This document shows positions 46,209 to 56,949 of a stretch of 64,000 nt of DNA, one piece after another; positions within the stretch are counted from its first letter, which is position 1, and every line of letters begins with the position of its first letter. The stretch comes from Patescibacteria group bacterium (GTDB taxonomy: Bacteria > Patescibacteriota > Patescibacteriia > Patescibacteriales > UBA12465). Both the position numbers and the translations under genes were made by a program. Location of the stretch: positions 683,888-747,887 of the forward strand of contig JBAZJK010000001.1 in NCBI GenBank assembly GCA_041651355.1, written 5' to 3'. Under the pieces are notes generated by a model. That model made no database searches. It saw only the letters and a list, made by a program, of their open reading frames with translations, and was not told the DNA's origin.

Positions 46209-47477
46209 CTAAAAATGCAATATCTTCTTGAGCCTGGCCGGATTTTTGATGTCACCGATCAGAGCCAGATTTAAGTGGCGACTGATAAAGATCCTCTTGG
46301 CGACACGCTTTATGTCCTCGGCTTTAACCGCTTTGATTTTTCTGATCATTTCGGAAGGCTTAACTACAGGACTTGGCATAATAACCTGGCGACCATAGAA
46401 ACTAGCGATATCATCGGATGATTCCAGCTGCATGGTCAGGTGGCTGACATAGAAATCTTTCGCCTTCTTTAACTCTTTGGCAGGCACCGCCTCTAAGCTG
46501 ATTTTTTTATACTCTCCCAAGATCGTCTTGATAGACTGCTCTAATTTCAGTAAAGGTACGCCGGCGCGAGTAGTCAGATAACCGGCGTCAGAGCTGAGTT
46601 CGGTCATGGTGCGGACATGATAGGCTAAGCCTTGCCGTTCACGCAAATTAATGAACAAGCGGGAACTCATTGAGCCGCCCAAGATAATACTTAAAATACC
46701 TAGGGCTGATTCGTCTGGGTCGCCATCCGGGAAGGCACGCACCGCTAGAGACAGGGTAACCTGGTCTGTTTTCTTATAATGTACCTTAACCTGCGGGGCA
46801 TTTTGTTTATCTTTGATAAGCGGCTTATCTTGCCATTTATTCCTCTTAACCGATTCAAATAATTGCCTCAATTTACGGTCCAAATCTTTAGGCCAAGCGC
46901 CGGCTAAAAGAATGTACATGGACTTAGATCCATATTGACGCTTAAAGTAATCTATAAAATCCTGGCGCTTGAAACTCTTAATCGTTTTCTTGGTGCCGAT
47001 AGTCGACCAACCAGCGGGCGTATCGCCATAAAGGCATTCTTCCAAGATATCCTCGATCAACATCAAGGGATTATCTTGGTACATATTGAATTCCTCGATT
47101 ATCACACCCTTTTCCCGTTCGATTTCCGTGGCGTCAAATTTAGATTTCTCCAGCAGCTCGTGAATGATATTAACCGCTACCGGCATCTTGGCACTCGCCG
47201 TCTTAATGAAATAACCGGTATATTCCTTACTAGTGAAAGCGTTATACTCTGCACCGATTTCATCCAAAGCGCTAGATAAAGAGAGGGTGTCCGGGTATTT
47301 TTCCGTTCCCTTGAAGAACATGTGCTCTAAAAAATGGGACAAACCGCTAGTCCGGCGGTCTTCATATTTCGAACCTGTCTTAAACATCACCAAAATCGTC
47401 GCCGTCTTCATGCTCGGTACCGGCAAACTGATGATGGGCAAGCCATTAGCCAGCCTTTTTAACTTATAGTTATTCAT
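46209..47477 (-). CDS. M16 family zinc peptidase (insulinase/pitrilysin-like)
   Basis: Inverted zinc motif HFLEHMFFKGT (HxxEH) in the N-terminal domain, plus a second inactive-like half. Confidence 0.8.
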   Translation of the reverse strand: MNNYKLKRLANGLPIISLPVPSMKTATILVMFKTGSKYEDRRTSGLSHFLEHMFFKGTEKYPDTLSLSSALDEIGAEYNAFTSKEYTGYFIKTASAKMPVAVNIIHELLEKSKFDATEIEREKGVIIEEFNMYQDNPLMLIEDILEECLYGDTPAGWSTIGTKKTIKSFKRQDFIDYFKRQYGSKSMYILLAGAWPKDLDRKLRQLFESVKRNKWQDKPLIKDKQNAPQVKVHYKKTDQVTLSLAVRAFPDGDPDESALGILSIILGGSMSSRLFINLRERQGLAYHVRTMTELSSDAGYLTTRAGVPLLKLEQSIKTILGEYKKISLEAVPAKELKKAKDFYVSHLTMQLESSDDIASFYGRQVIMPSPVVKPSEMIRKIKAVKAEDIKRVAKRIFISRHLNLALIGDIKNPARLKKILHF

Positions 47478-47582
47478 ATTTTAATGGGACTTTATTTTAC
47501 TCTCTGAAAAAATAAAGAAATAAATGATTTATGTTAACCCTTTAAATTTATCATGTTTCTGATATAATTAATAGACGAATAA

Positions 47583-48320
47583 ATGAAATATATGGCTTAT
47601 AAAATCAAAGACCGGGATTTCGTCTTGAAATCAGAAGACAAACTACTACGGCAATATAAGATTAGTCGGATTAAGGATTTGCCAGACAGCGAAAAACCTC
47701 GGGAAAAATTACTCGATAGCGGTCCAGGCGCCCTATCAGCCGCCGAACTCTTGGCGGTAGTCTTAGGCGTCGGCACCAAAAAGGAAGAAGTTTTTTCCAT
47801 GTCTTCCCGTTTATTGAGAGAGTATGGAGAAAAAGCTATAGTCCACCAAAAAGATCCCAAGGCGATCGCCAAGGAATTAAAAATCCCAGAAATCAAAGCC
47901 TGTCAGATTGTCGCTTGTTTTGAATTAGGCCGACGCTTTTTCCTGAAAACTCCAGGCGGTTCAATCACGATTCGTAATGCCTCTCAAGCTTTTTCCCACC
48001 TCAAAGATATGGGCCTGCTCCAGAAAGAGCAATTCCGCGGTTTATACCTTAACAGTCGCTATCAGTTAGTACACGATGAAGTAATTTCTCTGGGCACTCT
48101 GACGTCCAGCTTAGTCCACCCTCGGGAAGTCTTTAAGCCGGCGTTAGAATACTCAGCGGTAGCGGTGATTATCGCTCACAACCACCCCTCCGGCAGCCTC
48201 AAGGCTACTAGAGCTGACCAAGAAATCACCAGCCAATTGATTGAAGCGGGCAAAATATTAGAAATAGAAATTTTGGACCACTTAATCATCGCTAAAAATA
48301 AATTTATTAGCATCCTTTAG
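47583..48320 (+). CDS. radC: RadC-like JAB/MPN domain protein
   Basis: N-terminal HhH-like region and C-terminal JAMM motif HNHPSGSLKATRADQEIT. Confidence 0.8.
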   Translation: MKYMAYKIKDRDFVLKSEDKLLRQYKISRIKDLPDSEKPREKLLDSGPGALSAAELLAVVLGVGTKKEEVFSMSSRLLREYGEKAIVHQKDPKAIAKELKIPEIKACQIVACFELGRRFFLKTPGGSITIRNASQAFSHLKDMGLLQKEQFRGLYLNSRYQLVHDEVISLGTLTSSLVHPREVFKPALEYSAVAVIIAHNHPSGSLKATRADQEITSQLIEAGKILEIEILDHLIIAKNKFISIL

Positions 48321-48322
48321 CT

Positions 48323-48616
48323 GTGAAAGAGATAAAGAATAAAAAATATAATATCAAACCGGTCACCCTGATTATCCATGATGAGGCTAGCGTTAGATTT
48401 CACGTTAAAAATGATGACTATTTCGGCACGATTGCGACCGTTCTTAGCTTGATAAAACAAGACTGCAAAAAATCGGCTAGGATGAACCAGTCACAAACTC
48501 TCAAAATTCTTGGAAGATTAGAAAAAGACTTGTTATTCCTGCAAAAAAATTACCAAATCAAAGCTAAAACTAGCCAAAAAAAGATAATACCAAAAGGCAG
48601 GCTCCAAAGCCAATGA
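48323..48616 (+). CDS. Hypothetical protein (97 aa) immediately downstream of radC
   Basis: ORF 3 nt after the radC stop on the same strand. It overlaps the 3' end of the convergent gene 48550..49815, which lowers confidence. Confidence 0.3.
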   Translation: MKEIKNKKYNIKPVTLIIHDEASVRFHVKNDDYFGTIATVLSLIKQDCKKSARMNQSQTLKILGRLEKDLLFLQKNYQIKAKTSQKKIIPKGRLQSQ

Positions 48617-49815
48617 TCAAAAAACATGAGTACCGCTAAAGCCACAATAAAACCAGCGCCAACTTCAGTCGCGCTGGTTTTTTTCAAGCTATAAAACAAC
48701 CAAAGTGCGAAGGCCGCAAAGCCGAACACGCCGATTTCCGCCCAAGCTAAAATAAAAACATTATGGACTGGTTGCGGATAGGATTCTTCATCCCCTAAAT
48801 TAGCCACGTAATTACCGCGCCCGATTCCGAAGTAAGGTCGCTGCCTGATCAGATTAGCGGCTTGATATAAATATGTCTGCCTTTCATTAATTGATTTTTC
48901 TTCCAAGCGCCCTGAGGCCTGCCAGCGGTTAAACCAGATTTCCCTAAAAGGAAAACAGAGAGCCCCGCATAAAACCAAGGACAAGAAAGCTAAGGCGGCC
49001 AACTTAGCCAGATTATTCCAGGCTTTCTTGGTGATATAAAAAACGGCGAATATAAACATGGCGGCTAGATAAGCTAAAAGCGCCGCCCGAGAAAAAGAAA
49101 ATAATAAGGCGCTTAAGCCCAGGAAATAGGCCAGCCAAAAGAAAAGACTGGAGCGCCACCGGCTTTTACTGCCCCGGTCAGGCAAATTGATGATATAGTA
49201 AGCTGACAGCAATAAGACAAATACCATGACTCCGCCCAGAATATTAGGATGATCGAAGCCACCATAAGCCCTCAACCAACGGCCGAAGGAGCTTTCAACA
49301 ACAGAAGCCCCCGGTAATCCAGAGTCATGGAAACTCAAACCGAGGTATTTGCAGGCCCAAGTAGTCTGTAATAAAAACTGACTGATAGCTAAGATCGCTT
49401 GCAAGCTTAAACTAGCTAAGAGACCGACGACTATCTTAAAACGGCTTAGATTTATCCCCTTATCCTGAAAAAATAACCATAACCCGATTCCTAAAATGAA
49501 CAAAAGATAATAATTCCAAGCTAAGAGCTTATCAGACGCGAAAAAAATAGAAATTAAAGTAAATAGATTCCAAGCTAATAGTAAATAAACCGGCAAACCA
49601 ATTCCCTTGATTGATAGTTTCCATCTAATCTGTCCGTATTTCAATTTATAAACAGCAAAACAAAGCAATAAAATAACCAGAACAGATTCCCAAACATACA
49701 AGCTAATCTCGTTATAATTAGAGAAGCTAGGACGCAAAATTAATTTAGTTTGCCAAGGCAAAAGAAAAACTGCTAAATAGCTTAGATAGACAATGATTCT
49801 CTTAAGCGCTCCCAT
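48550..49815 (-). CDS. O-antigen ligase/Wzy_C-like polytopic membrane protein
   Basis: About 11 TM helices and LLFSFSRAALLAYLAAMF (Wzy_C SR motif). Confidence 0.6.
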   Translation of the reverse strand: MGALKRIIVYLSYLAVFLLPWQTKLILRPSFSNYNEISLYVWESVLVILLLCFAVYKLKYGQIRWKLSIKGIGLPVYLLLAWNLFTLISIFFASDKLLAWNYYLLFILGIGLWLFFQDKGINLSRFKIVVGLLASLSLQAILAISQFLLQTTWACKYLGLSFHDSGLPGASVVESSFGRWLRAYGGFDHPNILGGVMVFVLLLSAYYIINLPDRGSKSRWRSSLFFWLAYFLGLSALLFSFSRAALLAYLAAMFIFAVFYITKKAWNNLAKLAALAFLSLVLCGALCFPFREIWFNRWQASGRLEEKSINERQTYLYQAANLIRQRPYFGIGRGNYVANLGDEESYPQPVHNVFILAWAEIGVFGFAAFALWLFYSLKKTSATEVGAGFIVALAVLMFFDHWLWSLPFGIIFFWLVLALIW

Positions 49816-50728
49816 ATTTTTTTATTTTATCCCAAAATTTGTTTCTTAACTCTTCTCGCCGATCCGAGAGATAAAGCTTAATAACCTGATCGCTAATTAT
49901 CACTCGGCTATCTTGGTTCATTATCGACTTTAAAGCTCGAGGCATTATCTTAATCTGCCAACGACGAGCCAAGCTTTCCCAGCTAGAGAAAATCCTGCTA
50001 TCGGGAAAAAGCTTAAGTGGTCTCAACTGGCGCCTCGGACTGGCTTGCGGCCAGATAAAATTAGGAAAAATTAACCTGAGCCAGTGGTTGGCGCGGATAA
50101 ATTGATTATAGACTCCCGATTGATCGTAAATGGGCACTAAACCCGCCAACCAATAGTTAAAATAAAAATCATTTTCGTCTAGACGGAAGCTTTTTAAATC
50201 CAAGTTAGTTTCACTGACATAGAAGCTTAGGCAGATCTTATCCCGTTTAGTCTGGGAATTGGGCCGCAAACGCAAAATCTTGGCCAAACCAGCGCAAAAT
50301 AATCTAGACAGCCAAATCCGGCCAGGTGAGGTGATGACAAACAAATCGATATCGCTACCCTCGCGCAGATTGTGGGCGCCAATCAGATTAGCTACCGCGA
50401 TCATCCTGACAAAAGGCAGGAGGCGGAACCAAGCCGACACCCTGAGGGCAATCTTCAATTTCCGATCCGTATAATTATAGCGGGCCAAGCGTAAACTGAT
50501 GATATCTTCGCGACCAGATAAAAAATAAAAACCATTTTTTTCCTGCCAATCGGAGACGGCTGAGCTGGAATTTAAAAACACCAACAAATCGCCCAAATCG
50601 ATCTTTACTGTTAAATATTGCCAAATCTCATAAGCAGTCAGGGGATAATCAAACAAATCAAACCAGGCCAAAACTTTTACAATGGCCGGCTCTAAATCAT
50701 ATTGATTACTACCAAGATTATCTGCCAT
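49802..50728 (-). CDS. Hypothetical protein with a putative Pol-beta-type nucleotidyltransferase motif
   Basis: GAHNLREGSDIDLFVIT resembles the hG[GS]x9-13DhD NTase signature. Overlaps the Wzy-like gene by 14 nt. Confidence 0.4.
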   Translation of the reverse strand: MADNLGSNQYDLEPAIVKVLAWFDLFDYPLTAYEIWQYLTVKIDLGDLLVFLNSSSAVSDWQEKNGFYFLSGREDIISLRLARYNYTDRKLKIALRVSAWFRLLPFVRMIAVANLIGAHNLREGSDIDLFVITSPGRIWLSRLFCAGLAKILRLRPNSQTKRDKICLSFYVSETNLDLKSFRLDENDFYFNYWLAGLVPIYDQSGVYNQFIRANHWLRLIFPNFIWPQASPRRQLRPLKLFPDSRIFSSWESLARRWQIKIMPRALKSIMNQDSRVIISDQVIKLYLSDRREELRNKFWDKIKKYGSA

Positions 50729-50742
50729 AAAAAACGATGACC

Positions 50743-51843
50743 CTACTGCCCTTTAGGCCTTTCAATCTGCAGGGCTTCGACCCGGCTGTCTCCTCCAGTT
50801 ATTTTCATGATATCCTTATCCATCTTTCGGAATTCCAGGTAAGCGTTATTATAATGATTAACCGTGGTAGACATGCTCAGACCTAATTTTTTCAAGAATT
50901 CCTCGTAGCTCAGCATGTGCTTCCCTAATTTTTCGATATTAGCCTTTATCTCCTTAGCGCTCTCTTCTATCTTCATAGCTTTCAAACCCTGTAAAACAGT
51001 CTGCAGATATGCTAGGAAAGAAGTCGGAGAAACGATAATAACTTTTTTGTCGCGATAGGCGTACTCGATCAGATCTCTCGTGTTAACTTTGACCGCGCCA
51101 ACCTTATTGATCAATAAGTCATAGTAAATCGCCTCGGATGGTATGAACATGAAAGCGAATTCCATGGTTTTTTTGCCTGGTAGTATATACTTCGAAGTTT
51201 CATCGATCCGGTTTTTCAAGTCTTGCTTGAAATTCTGCTCTAATTTTTCTCTAGTCTCCCTATCTTTCGCGTCTAGGATCCTCTCATAATTCTCCAGAGA
51301 AAACTTAGCGTCGATCGGAATAAGCTTGTCTTTAACAAAAACGACTGCATCCACTATCAAGTCCTTGCCGCTGCGTTCATCCTTGCCTAATTTATACTGC
51401 ATCTCATACGAATTAGGCGGCAGGACATTCTTTAGGGTTTCTTCTAAAAAATATTCCCCCAGGACTCCTCGCTGTTTCGGGTTCTTGAGAATATCCTGCA
51501 AATTCTGAAGCTGAGCGGAAAAATTAACCACCTGTTTGTTAGTCTCATCTAATTTGGTCAACTTCTCGGTCACTTCCGATATTAGTTTAGCTGACTGACC
51601 AGTAATACTCTGAATGATCTGGGTTGTCTGCCCGAATTGTGCTTGGCTCGCCTTATGCGTTTCCGATAACTTGCGATCTAACTCTTGGCGTAATTCCCGA
51701 TTCTGTTCATTAAGCTGATTAAGCTTCTCTGCTAGAACAACTAATTTTTCAGTATCCCCGCTGCCCTGCTTACGTAGCAATAAAAAAATAATAACGACAA
51801 TACCCAGGATCAAAAGACTGAATAATATAAAGCTTGCTTCCAT
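50743..51843 (-). CDS. rmuC: DNA recombination protein RmuC
   Basis: N-terminal TM, long coiled coil, then RmuC-type C-terminal domain (DAVVFVKDKLIPIDAKFSLENY...). Confidence 0.7.
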   Translation of the reverse strand: MEASFILFSLLILGIVVIIFLLLRKQGSGDTEKLVVLAEKLNQLNEQNRELRQELDRKLSETHKASQAQFGQTTQIIQSITGQSAKLISEVTEKLTKLDETNKQVVNFSAQLQNLQDILKNPKQRGVLGEYFLEETLKNVLPPNSYEMQYKLGKDERSGKDLIVDAVVFVKDKLIPIDAKFSLENYERILDAKDRETREKLEQNFKQDLKNRIDETSKYILPGKKTMEFAFMFIPSEAIYYDLLINKVGAVKVNTRDLIEYAYRDKKVIIVSPTSFLAYLQTVLQGLKAMKIEESAKEIKANIEKLGKHMLSYEEFLKKLGLSMSTTVNHYNNAYLEFRKMDKDIMKITGGDSRVEALQIERPKGQ

Positions 51844-51942
51844 ATAATTGATATTTTATTAATAATAGCAATACTATTATAGTATAGACCCGCCTTTTGA
51901 TAAATATTGCCGAAGTCTTGTTTCCGTGATGACTGACAGCAA

Positions 51943-51980
51943 TAAAAAAATCCCTAGGATTCCGTCCAGGGATTTTTTTT
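51943..51980 (-). terminator. Terminator downstream of mscL
   Basis: Hairpin atccctagga / tccagggat (one bulge) flanked by A7 and T8. Confidence 0.5.
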
Positions 51981-51993
51981 AAATATATATCTT

Positions 51994-52398
51994 CTATTTC
52001 TTCAGTAAATCTCTAATTTCAGTCAATAACTTTTCTTGTTTGCTTAATTCCGGTTCCTTGGCCGGGGCCTCGGGCTCTGGTTTCAAGCGCCTCAATCTCA
52101 TTAGCAGTTTGATGGCGATGAAAATGGCCGCTGAAATCACTAGGAAGTCGAAAATATTCTGCAGGAAAACACCTAAATTCATAATAATTGCCGGGTGACT
52201 GTTAGTGGCAGCTTTGAGGGAAACTTTAATATCGGTGAAATTAACCCCACCGATCAATAAGCCCAAAAGCGGCATGACGATGTCAGCTACTAAAGAGGAA
52301 ACGATCTTGCCGAAAGCGCCACCGACAACGACTGCCACGGCCAGATCAACCACGTTACCCCGCATTATAAAGGCCTTGAACTCCTTAATGAATTTCAT
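51994..52398 (-). CDS. mscL: Large-conductance mechanosensitive channel
   Basis: [46 protein letters not shown] is a near-canonical MscL TM1. Confidence 0.85.
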   Translation of the reverse strand: MKFIKEFKAFIMRGNVVDLAVAVVVGGAFGKIVSSLVADIVMPLLGLLIGGVNFTDIKVSLKAATNSHPAIIMNLGVFLQNIFDFLVISAAIFIAIKLLMRLRRLKPEPEAPAKEPELSKQEKLLTEIRDLLKK

Positions 52399-52440
52399 AT
52401 GATTTAATATACAATATTTTTAAAAAGCCTTCAAGGATAT

Positions 52441-55023
52441 TTATGCCCAGGTGACGCTAGCCACCCTATCCTTCTCTTCCTTAAACCTCATAATCCTCAC
52501 CCCTTGGGTATCGCGGCCCAAAACACTGATAGATTTGAAGGGGAGGCGGATCACTTGGCCTTTTTCGGAAATAATAATCAGATCTCTATCCGCCATGCTT
52601 TCAGCATTAATAAGGAAGGCGTTAGTCAGGTCTCCTGTTTTATCAGTCACTTTAGCGGTCTTGATGCCGCTGCCGCCACGACCTTGTACTTTATATAAAG
52701 CAAAGTCGCTGCGCTTGCCGAAGCCGTGAGCCATGATGGTAAGTATCTGGTATTTCTTTAATTTATCCTTATCCGCTGTCTTGGCTACACCCATCCCGAT
52801 AACCCGGTCATCCTTTTTCAGCCTGATGCCATGGACACCAGCGGCTCCACGGCCCATATCACGGACATCTTTTTCAGCGAAACGAATGGCTTGGCCATGA
52901 GCGCTAACCAGCTGGATATGGTCACTACCGCTGGTCGGCTTAGCCCAAATCAGCTTATCATCATCCTTGATCTTAATAGCAATCAAACCGCTCCGACGGA
53001 CATTAGAGAAAGCCCCTAAATCGACCTTCTTCACCAAACCCTTTTCAGTGGCAAAAAATAAATACTTACTGCTTGATAATTTATCCAGAGGCAAAATCGA
53101 AGTAACTTGTTCACCGCTGGTTAATTGTAAAAAATTAACTATCGGCGTCCCCTTGGCGATACGAGAAGCTTGAGGTATCTCATAAGCTTTCAATTGGAAC
53201 ATCCGACCCTTAGTAGTAAAAAATAGAATGTCATTATGAGTAAAGGTGGTAAACATGAATAAAACCGAATCTTCCTCTTTGGTGGTTAGACCGATTACTC
53301 CTTTGCCTCCCCTGGCCTGGACTTTAAAGATATCAGATTCAACCCGCTTAATGTAACCATCCCTTGTCATCATGAATAAGGTTTCTTCGTTCGGCACTAA
53401 GTCTTCCATATTGAATTCCTTAACGCCATGACTGACCACCTGGGTGCGGCGCTCGTCTCCGAACTTCTCGCCTAAAGCCTTGATTTCGTCCTTGATGATT
53501 CCCCTAATTCTAGCTACTGATTTAAGAATCGCCTCTAATTCCTTGATTAATTTCTGTTTCTCTTTCAATTCTTCTTCGATTTTTAACCTTTCCAGGTTCG
53601 CCAAGTTCTGCAAACGCATTTCTAAAATCGCGACTGCTTGGCGTTCAGATAATTTGAACTTTTTGATTAAATTATTTTTAGCCTCCTCTTTGTCCTTGGA
53701 AGCCTTAATGGTCTTGATAACAGCGTCGATATTCTTTAAAGCGATCATTAATCCCTCTAAGATATGAGCTCTTTCTTTGGCTTTATTCAAATCAAACTGG
53801 GTGCGGCGCCTGACTACTTCTTCGCGATGCTTAATATACTCTTCGAGTATCATTTTCAAAGTCAAAACCTTGGGCTGTAAACCATCGATCAGGGCCAAGG
53901 CATTAACATGGAAAGTTTCTTGGAGCTGGGTATGCTTATATAAACTATTTAAAATCTTTTTCGGATAAGCATCTTTTTTCAAATCCAATACGACCCGGAC
54001 CCCATCCTTATCCGATTCATCCCTTAGATTTTTGATACCCTCGATCTTTTTATCTTTAACTAGGTCAGCGATCTTCTCTACCAGAGTCGCTTTGTTGACC
54101 TGGTAGGGAACCTCAGAAATTACAATCTGATAAGCTTCGCCCTTGCCTTCGACTATTTCGGCGCGACCGCGCATAACGATACCACCTTTGCCGGTAGCAT
54201 AAGCGCTCAAGATGTCCTTCTGATTATATATAATGCCGCCTGTAGGAAAATCGGGGCCTTTGACGAACTGCATCAAATCCTCGATAGTCGCCTCTGGGTT
54301 ATCGATCAGGTGGCTGACAGCCGCTGTCAATTCTCTTAGATTATGAGGAGGAATATTAGTAGCCATACCGACTGCGATACCCATTGTGCCGTTAAGGAGT
54401 AAATTGGGCAATTTAGCCGGCAAGACTCGAGGCTCTTGCTGTGAGCCATCAAAATTAGGAGAAAAATTAACCGTATCCTTATCAATATCAAACAACATCT
54501 CTTCGGCTAAAGCGGCTAGCTTGGCTTCGGTGTAGCGCATGGCGGCCGCACTATCGCCATCCATAGAACCGAAATTACCCTGACCGCGCACCAAGGGATA
54601 GCGCATAGCGAAATCTTGAGCCATTCTGACCATCGAATCATAAACAGCGCTATCGCCATGAGGATGGTATTTACCTAAAACCTCGCCGACCACCGTTGCT
54701 GACTTTCTGAATTTGGAGCTCGATCTAAGGCCAACGCTCCACATCGCATACAGAATGCGCCGATGAACGGGCTTGAGTCCGTCACGCACGTCTGGCAAAG
54801 CCCGGGAAACGATGACACTCATAGCATAATCTAAATAGGAGCGGCTCATTTCCTCAACGATCGGCTGATCCTGGACCAAGCCATAGGCTGTATGTTGGCG
54901 AGAATTGCCATTACCGTTATCAGGAGAATCAGAATCTGCTTCATTTAAAAGTGCCGCCTCGGTCTCGAGATTGCTTTTAGTCTCTTTTTCTTTCTTAGAA
55001 GACTTCTTGTCTGGTTTAGACAT
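52441..55023 (-). CDS. gyrA: DNA gyrase subunit A
   Basis: [28 protein letters not shown], active-site Tyr region, GyrA-box-like QARGGKG, and a beta-pinwheel C-terminal domain. Confidence 0.85.
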   Translation of the reverse strand: MSKPDKKSSKKEKETKSNLETEAALLNEADSDSPDNGNGNSRQHTAYGLVQDQPIVEEMSRSYLDYAMSVIVSRALPDVRDGLKPVHRRILYAMWSVGLRSSSKFRKSATVVGEVLGKYHPHGDSAVYDSMVRMAQDFAMRYPLVRGQGNFGSMDGDSAAAMRYTEAKLAALAEEMLFDIDKDTVNFSPNFDGSQQEPRVLPAKLPNLLLNGTMGIAVGMATNIPPHNLRELTAAVSHLIDNPEATIEDLMQFVKGPDFPTGGIIYNQKDILSAYATGKGGIVMRGRAEIVEGKGEAYQIVISEVPYQVNKATLVEKIADLVKDKKIEGIKNLRDESDKDGVRVVLDLKKDAYPKKILNSLYKHTQLQETFHVNALALIDGLQPKVLTLKMILEEYIKHREEVVRRRTQFDLNKAKERAHILEGLMIALKNIDAVIKTIKASKDKEEAKNNLIKKFKLSERQAVAILEMRLQNLANLERLKIEEELKEKQKLIKELEAILKSVARIRGIIKDEIKALGEKFGDERRTQVVSHGVKEFNMEDLVPNEETLFMMTRDGYIKRVESDIFKVQARGGKGVIGLTTKEEDSVLFMFTTFTHNDILFFTTKGRMFQLKAYEIPQASRIAKGTPIVNFLQLTSGEQVTSILPLDKLSSSKYLFFATEKGLVKKVDLGAFSNVRRSGLIAIKIKDDDKLIWAKPTSGSDHIQLVSAHGQAIRFAEKDVRDMGRGAAGVHGIRLKKDDRVIGMGVAKTADKDKLKKYQILTIMAHGFGKRSDFALYKVQGRGGSGIKTAKVTDKTGDLTNAFLINAESMADRDLIIISEKGQVIRLPFKSISVLGRDTQGVRIMRFKEEKDRVASVTWA

Positions 55024-55037
55024 AGATCAATAGTAAT

Positions 55038-55475
55038 TTACTTATTTTTCTTATTAGCATTTATCTTAGCTTCTATAAGCTCCAGAGAGCTTGAGGCATC
55101 AATATTGTCTAACGTGTTCAGCGCCTGGTTAGTTGGTAAGCCGGTAAGCACTGGGGCTTGGTCAGCCGTTCTTTTTAAATTTACCTCTTCAACTAACTTA
55201 TCAAGCACCGGAGCGGCCGCCTGAGCAATTTGTTTATTCTTTGCCGCCTTAAAATCCTGAGTCACCTGATTGAAGGTGGTGCTAAAATCCTCTTTAATCT
55301 GCCCCCAATCAAAATCTTCTTTTTCCGAGCTGCTCTCATAGTTGAATTGAAAAACATTTTTCAGGTTTAGGGAATAGAAAACGAGCAACAAGCCCAGGAA
55401 AGAAATTAGGCCTAAGCTGAGTAAAAATTTTTTCTTCTCAGGGGCTGAATTTTTAGAGCGGGGCATAATAATCAA
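55038..55475 (-). CDS. Hypothetical N-terminally anchored protein (145 aa)
   Basis: Single TM LLSLGLISFLGLLLVFY. No recognisable domain. Confidence 0.35.
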   Translation of the reverse strand: MIIMPRSKNSAPEKKKFLLSLGLISFLGLLLVFYSLNLKNVFQFNYESSSEKEDFDWGQIKEDFSTTFNQVTQDFKAAKNKQIAQAAAPVLDKLVEEVNLKRTADQAPVLTGLPTNQALNTLDNIDASSSLELIEAKINANKKNK

Positions 55476-55482
55476 AAAGTTA

Positions 55483-56097
55483 TTATTCCTTTAAGCCATC
55501 AAGATTAATATCGTATAGGATTTCTTCTGCAATCAAGCGATAGCTAAGAATCTCTTCCGGCTTAAACCATAAAGCTATCTCTCTTTCCGCCTCGTCAGGA
55601 TGATCAGAGCAGTGGATAAGGTTGCGGACGGCCCGGTTATCAAAATTAGATAATTCATAAGTATCAAGGGTAAAATCACCCCGGATGGTTCCAATGTCGG
55701 AAGTGGCAGGTTCGGTACCACCAACTAACTTTTTAATGATAGATACTGCTTGGTTTCCCTCCCACACCATCGCCACCACCGGACAGGCAGTCATAAATTT
55801 AACCAAGCCGCGCACGATATCCTTGCCATATTCGCCGGCTTCTTTCTCGACCGGGAGATTGGAAGCCTGAAGATTAGCTATGAATTTAGCACCTTTTTCC
55901 TGGAACCATTTATCGTCCTTATTATAATGAGCCCAGCATTGATCTTCGTTCGCTTGGACTAATTTCATCGCCATCAGCTTCATGCCAGACCGTTCTATCC
56001 GCTTAATCAATTCGCCGATCAAGGAGCGTTGGATAGCGTCCGGTTTAAGGATAACGAAAGTTCTCTCTTTTTTAGGATGGGAAATATTCTGTGCCAT
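55483..56097 (-). CDS. ndk: Nucleoside diphosphate kinase (long form, 204 aa)
   Basis: ERTFVILKPDAIQRSLIGELI, and NLIHCSD for the active His region NxIHGSD. Confidence 0.8.
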   Translation of the reverse strand: MAQNISHPKKERTFVILKPDAIQRSLIGELIKRIERSGMKLMAMKLVQANEDQCWAHYNKDDKWFQEKGAKFIANLQASNLPVEKEAGEYGKDIVRGLVKFMTACPVVAMVWEGNQAVSIIKKLVGGTEPATSDIGTIRGDFTLDTYELSNFDNRAVRNLIHCSDHPDEAEREIALWFKPEEILSYRLIAEEILYDINLDGLKE

Positions 56098-56121
56098 AAT
56101 TTTGTAATTTATAGTAATTTT

Positions 56122-56793
56122 TTAAATACTTAGTATAACCAACTCCATATCTTCGCTCGGCAATTCCTTCTTAGAAATCTTTAATTTCTCTTCATAGGTT
56201 GGAGCCACCCCTAATTCCTTAACGAATTTATCCACGCCTTCGACGTCTATTTTTGAATCCTTGGTCTTATAGTGCATCGGGATGACTAAACGCGGTTCTA
56301 TTTGAGAGATAACCTCTACCGCCTTCTTAGCGTCCAGTGTATACTTCCCACCGACCGGAATTAGAAGGATGTCAGTGCCGGCTAATCTCTCCAATTGGGC
56401 ATTATCTAGAACTTGCCCCAGATCACCTAAGTGGACTATAGAAATATCATCCATCTCAATCCGATAGATGATATTATCGCCCCTCTCTTTCCCCTCTTTA
56501 TCGTCATGATAAGAAGCGATGCCTTCTACCATTACTCCTTTGACATCATATTCGCCGGCCGAATCTATAATGAAAGGTTGCCCGCGTAAAGCGCTGGAAT
56601 TATTATGGTCGTGATGATCGTGGGAAATGGTTACTATGTCGGCCTCAAAATTAGGAACCTTCAAACCAACTTCTTTACTGAAGGGATCAGTTACGACCGT
56701 CAAGCCGTCTGGCCCAATTTTATCCTGGATTTTAAAGCAAGAATGCCCCTGCCAAGTAATAATCATAATGTTAAAACAATAAAAATAGGTCAC
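56122..56793 (-). CDS. MBL-fold metal-dependent hydrolase
   Basis: VTISHDHHDH metal-binding motif (HxHxDH) and a beta-lactamase-fold length. Confidence 0.7.
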   Translation of the reverse strand: MTYFYCFNIMIITWQGHSCFKIQDKIGPDGLTVVTDPFSKEVGLKVPNFEADIVTISHDHHDHNNSSALRGQPFIIDSAGEYDVKGVMVEGIASYHDDKEGKERGDNIIYRIEMDDISIVHLGDLGQVLDNAQLERLAGTDILLIPVGGKYTLDAKKAVEVISQIEPRLVIPMHYKTKDSKIDVEGVDKFVKELGVAPTYEEKLKISKKELPSEDMELVILSI

Positions 56794-56949
56794 TAAAACC
56801 TTACGATTATTATAACAAGGCTGGGGCCTAAAGTCAATTTAAAAAATACCGGCCAAAGCCCCCTTTTAACGAAAAAGAGCGCCTATTTCCAAATGGTTAT
56901 CCATTTGTCATAGACGCTCTGAGTAGGGCGAGTTAATAAGCTTTAGGAG

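Noticed and set aside
56794-56949. Possible structured RNA in the 156-nt spacer between the MBL hydrolase and ORF 56950..57858
   Set aside because: It has only a weak ggggc...gcccc pairing with a loop of about 35 nt and no T tract or conserved motif I can recognise. That is insufficient to call a feature.
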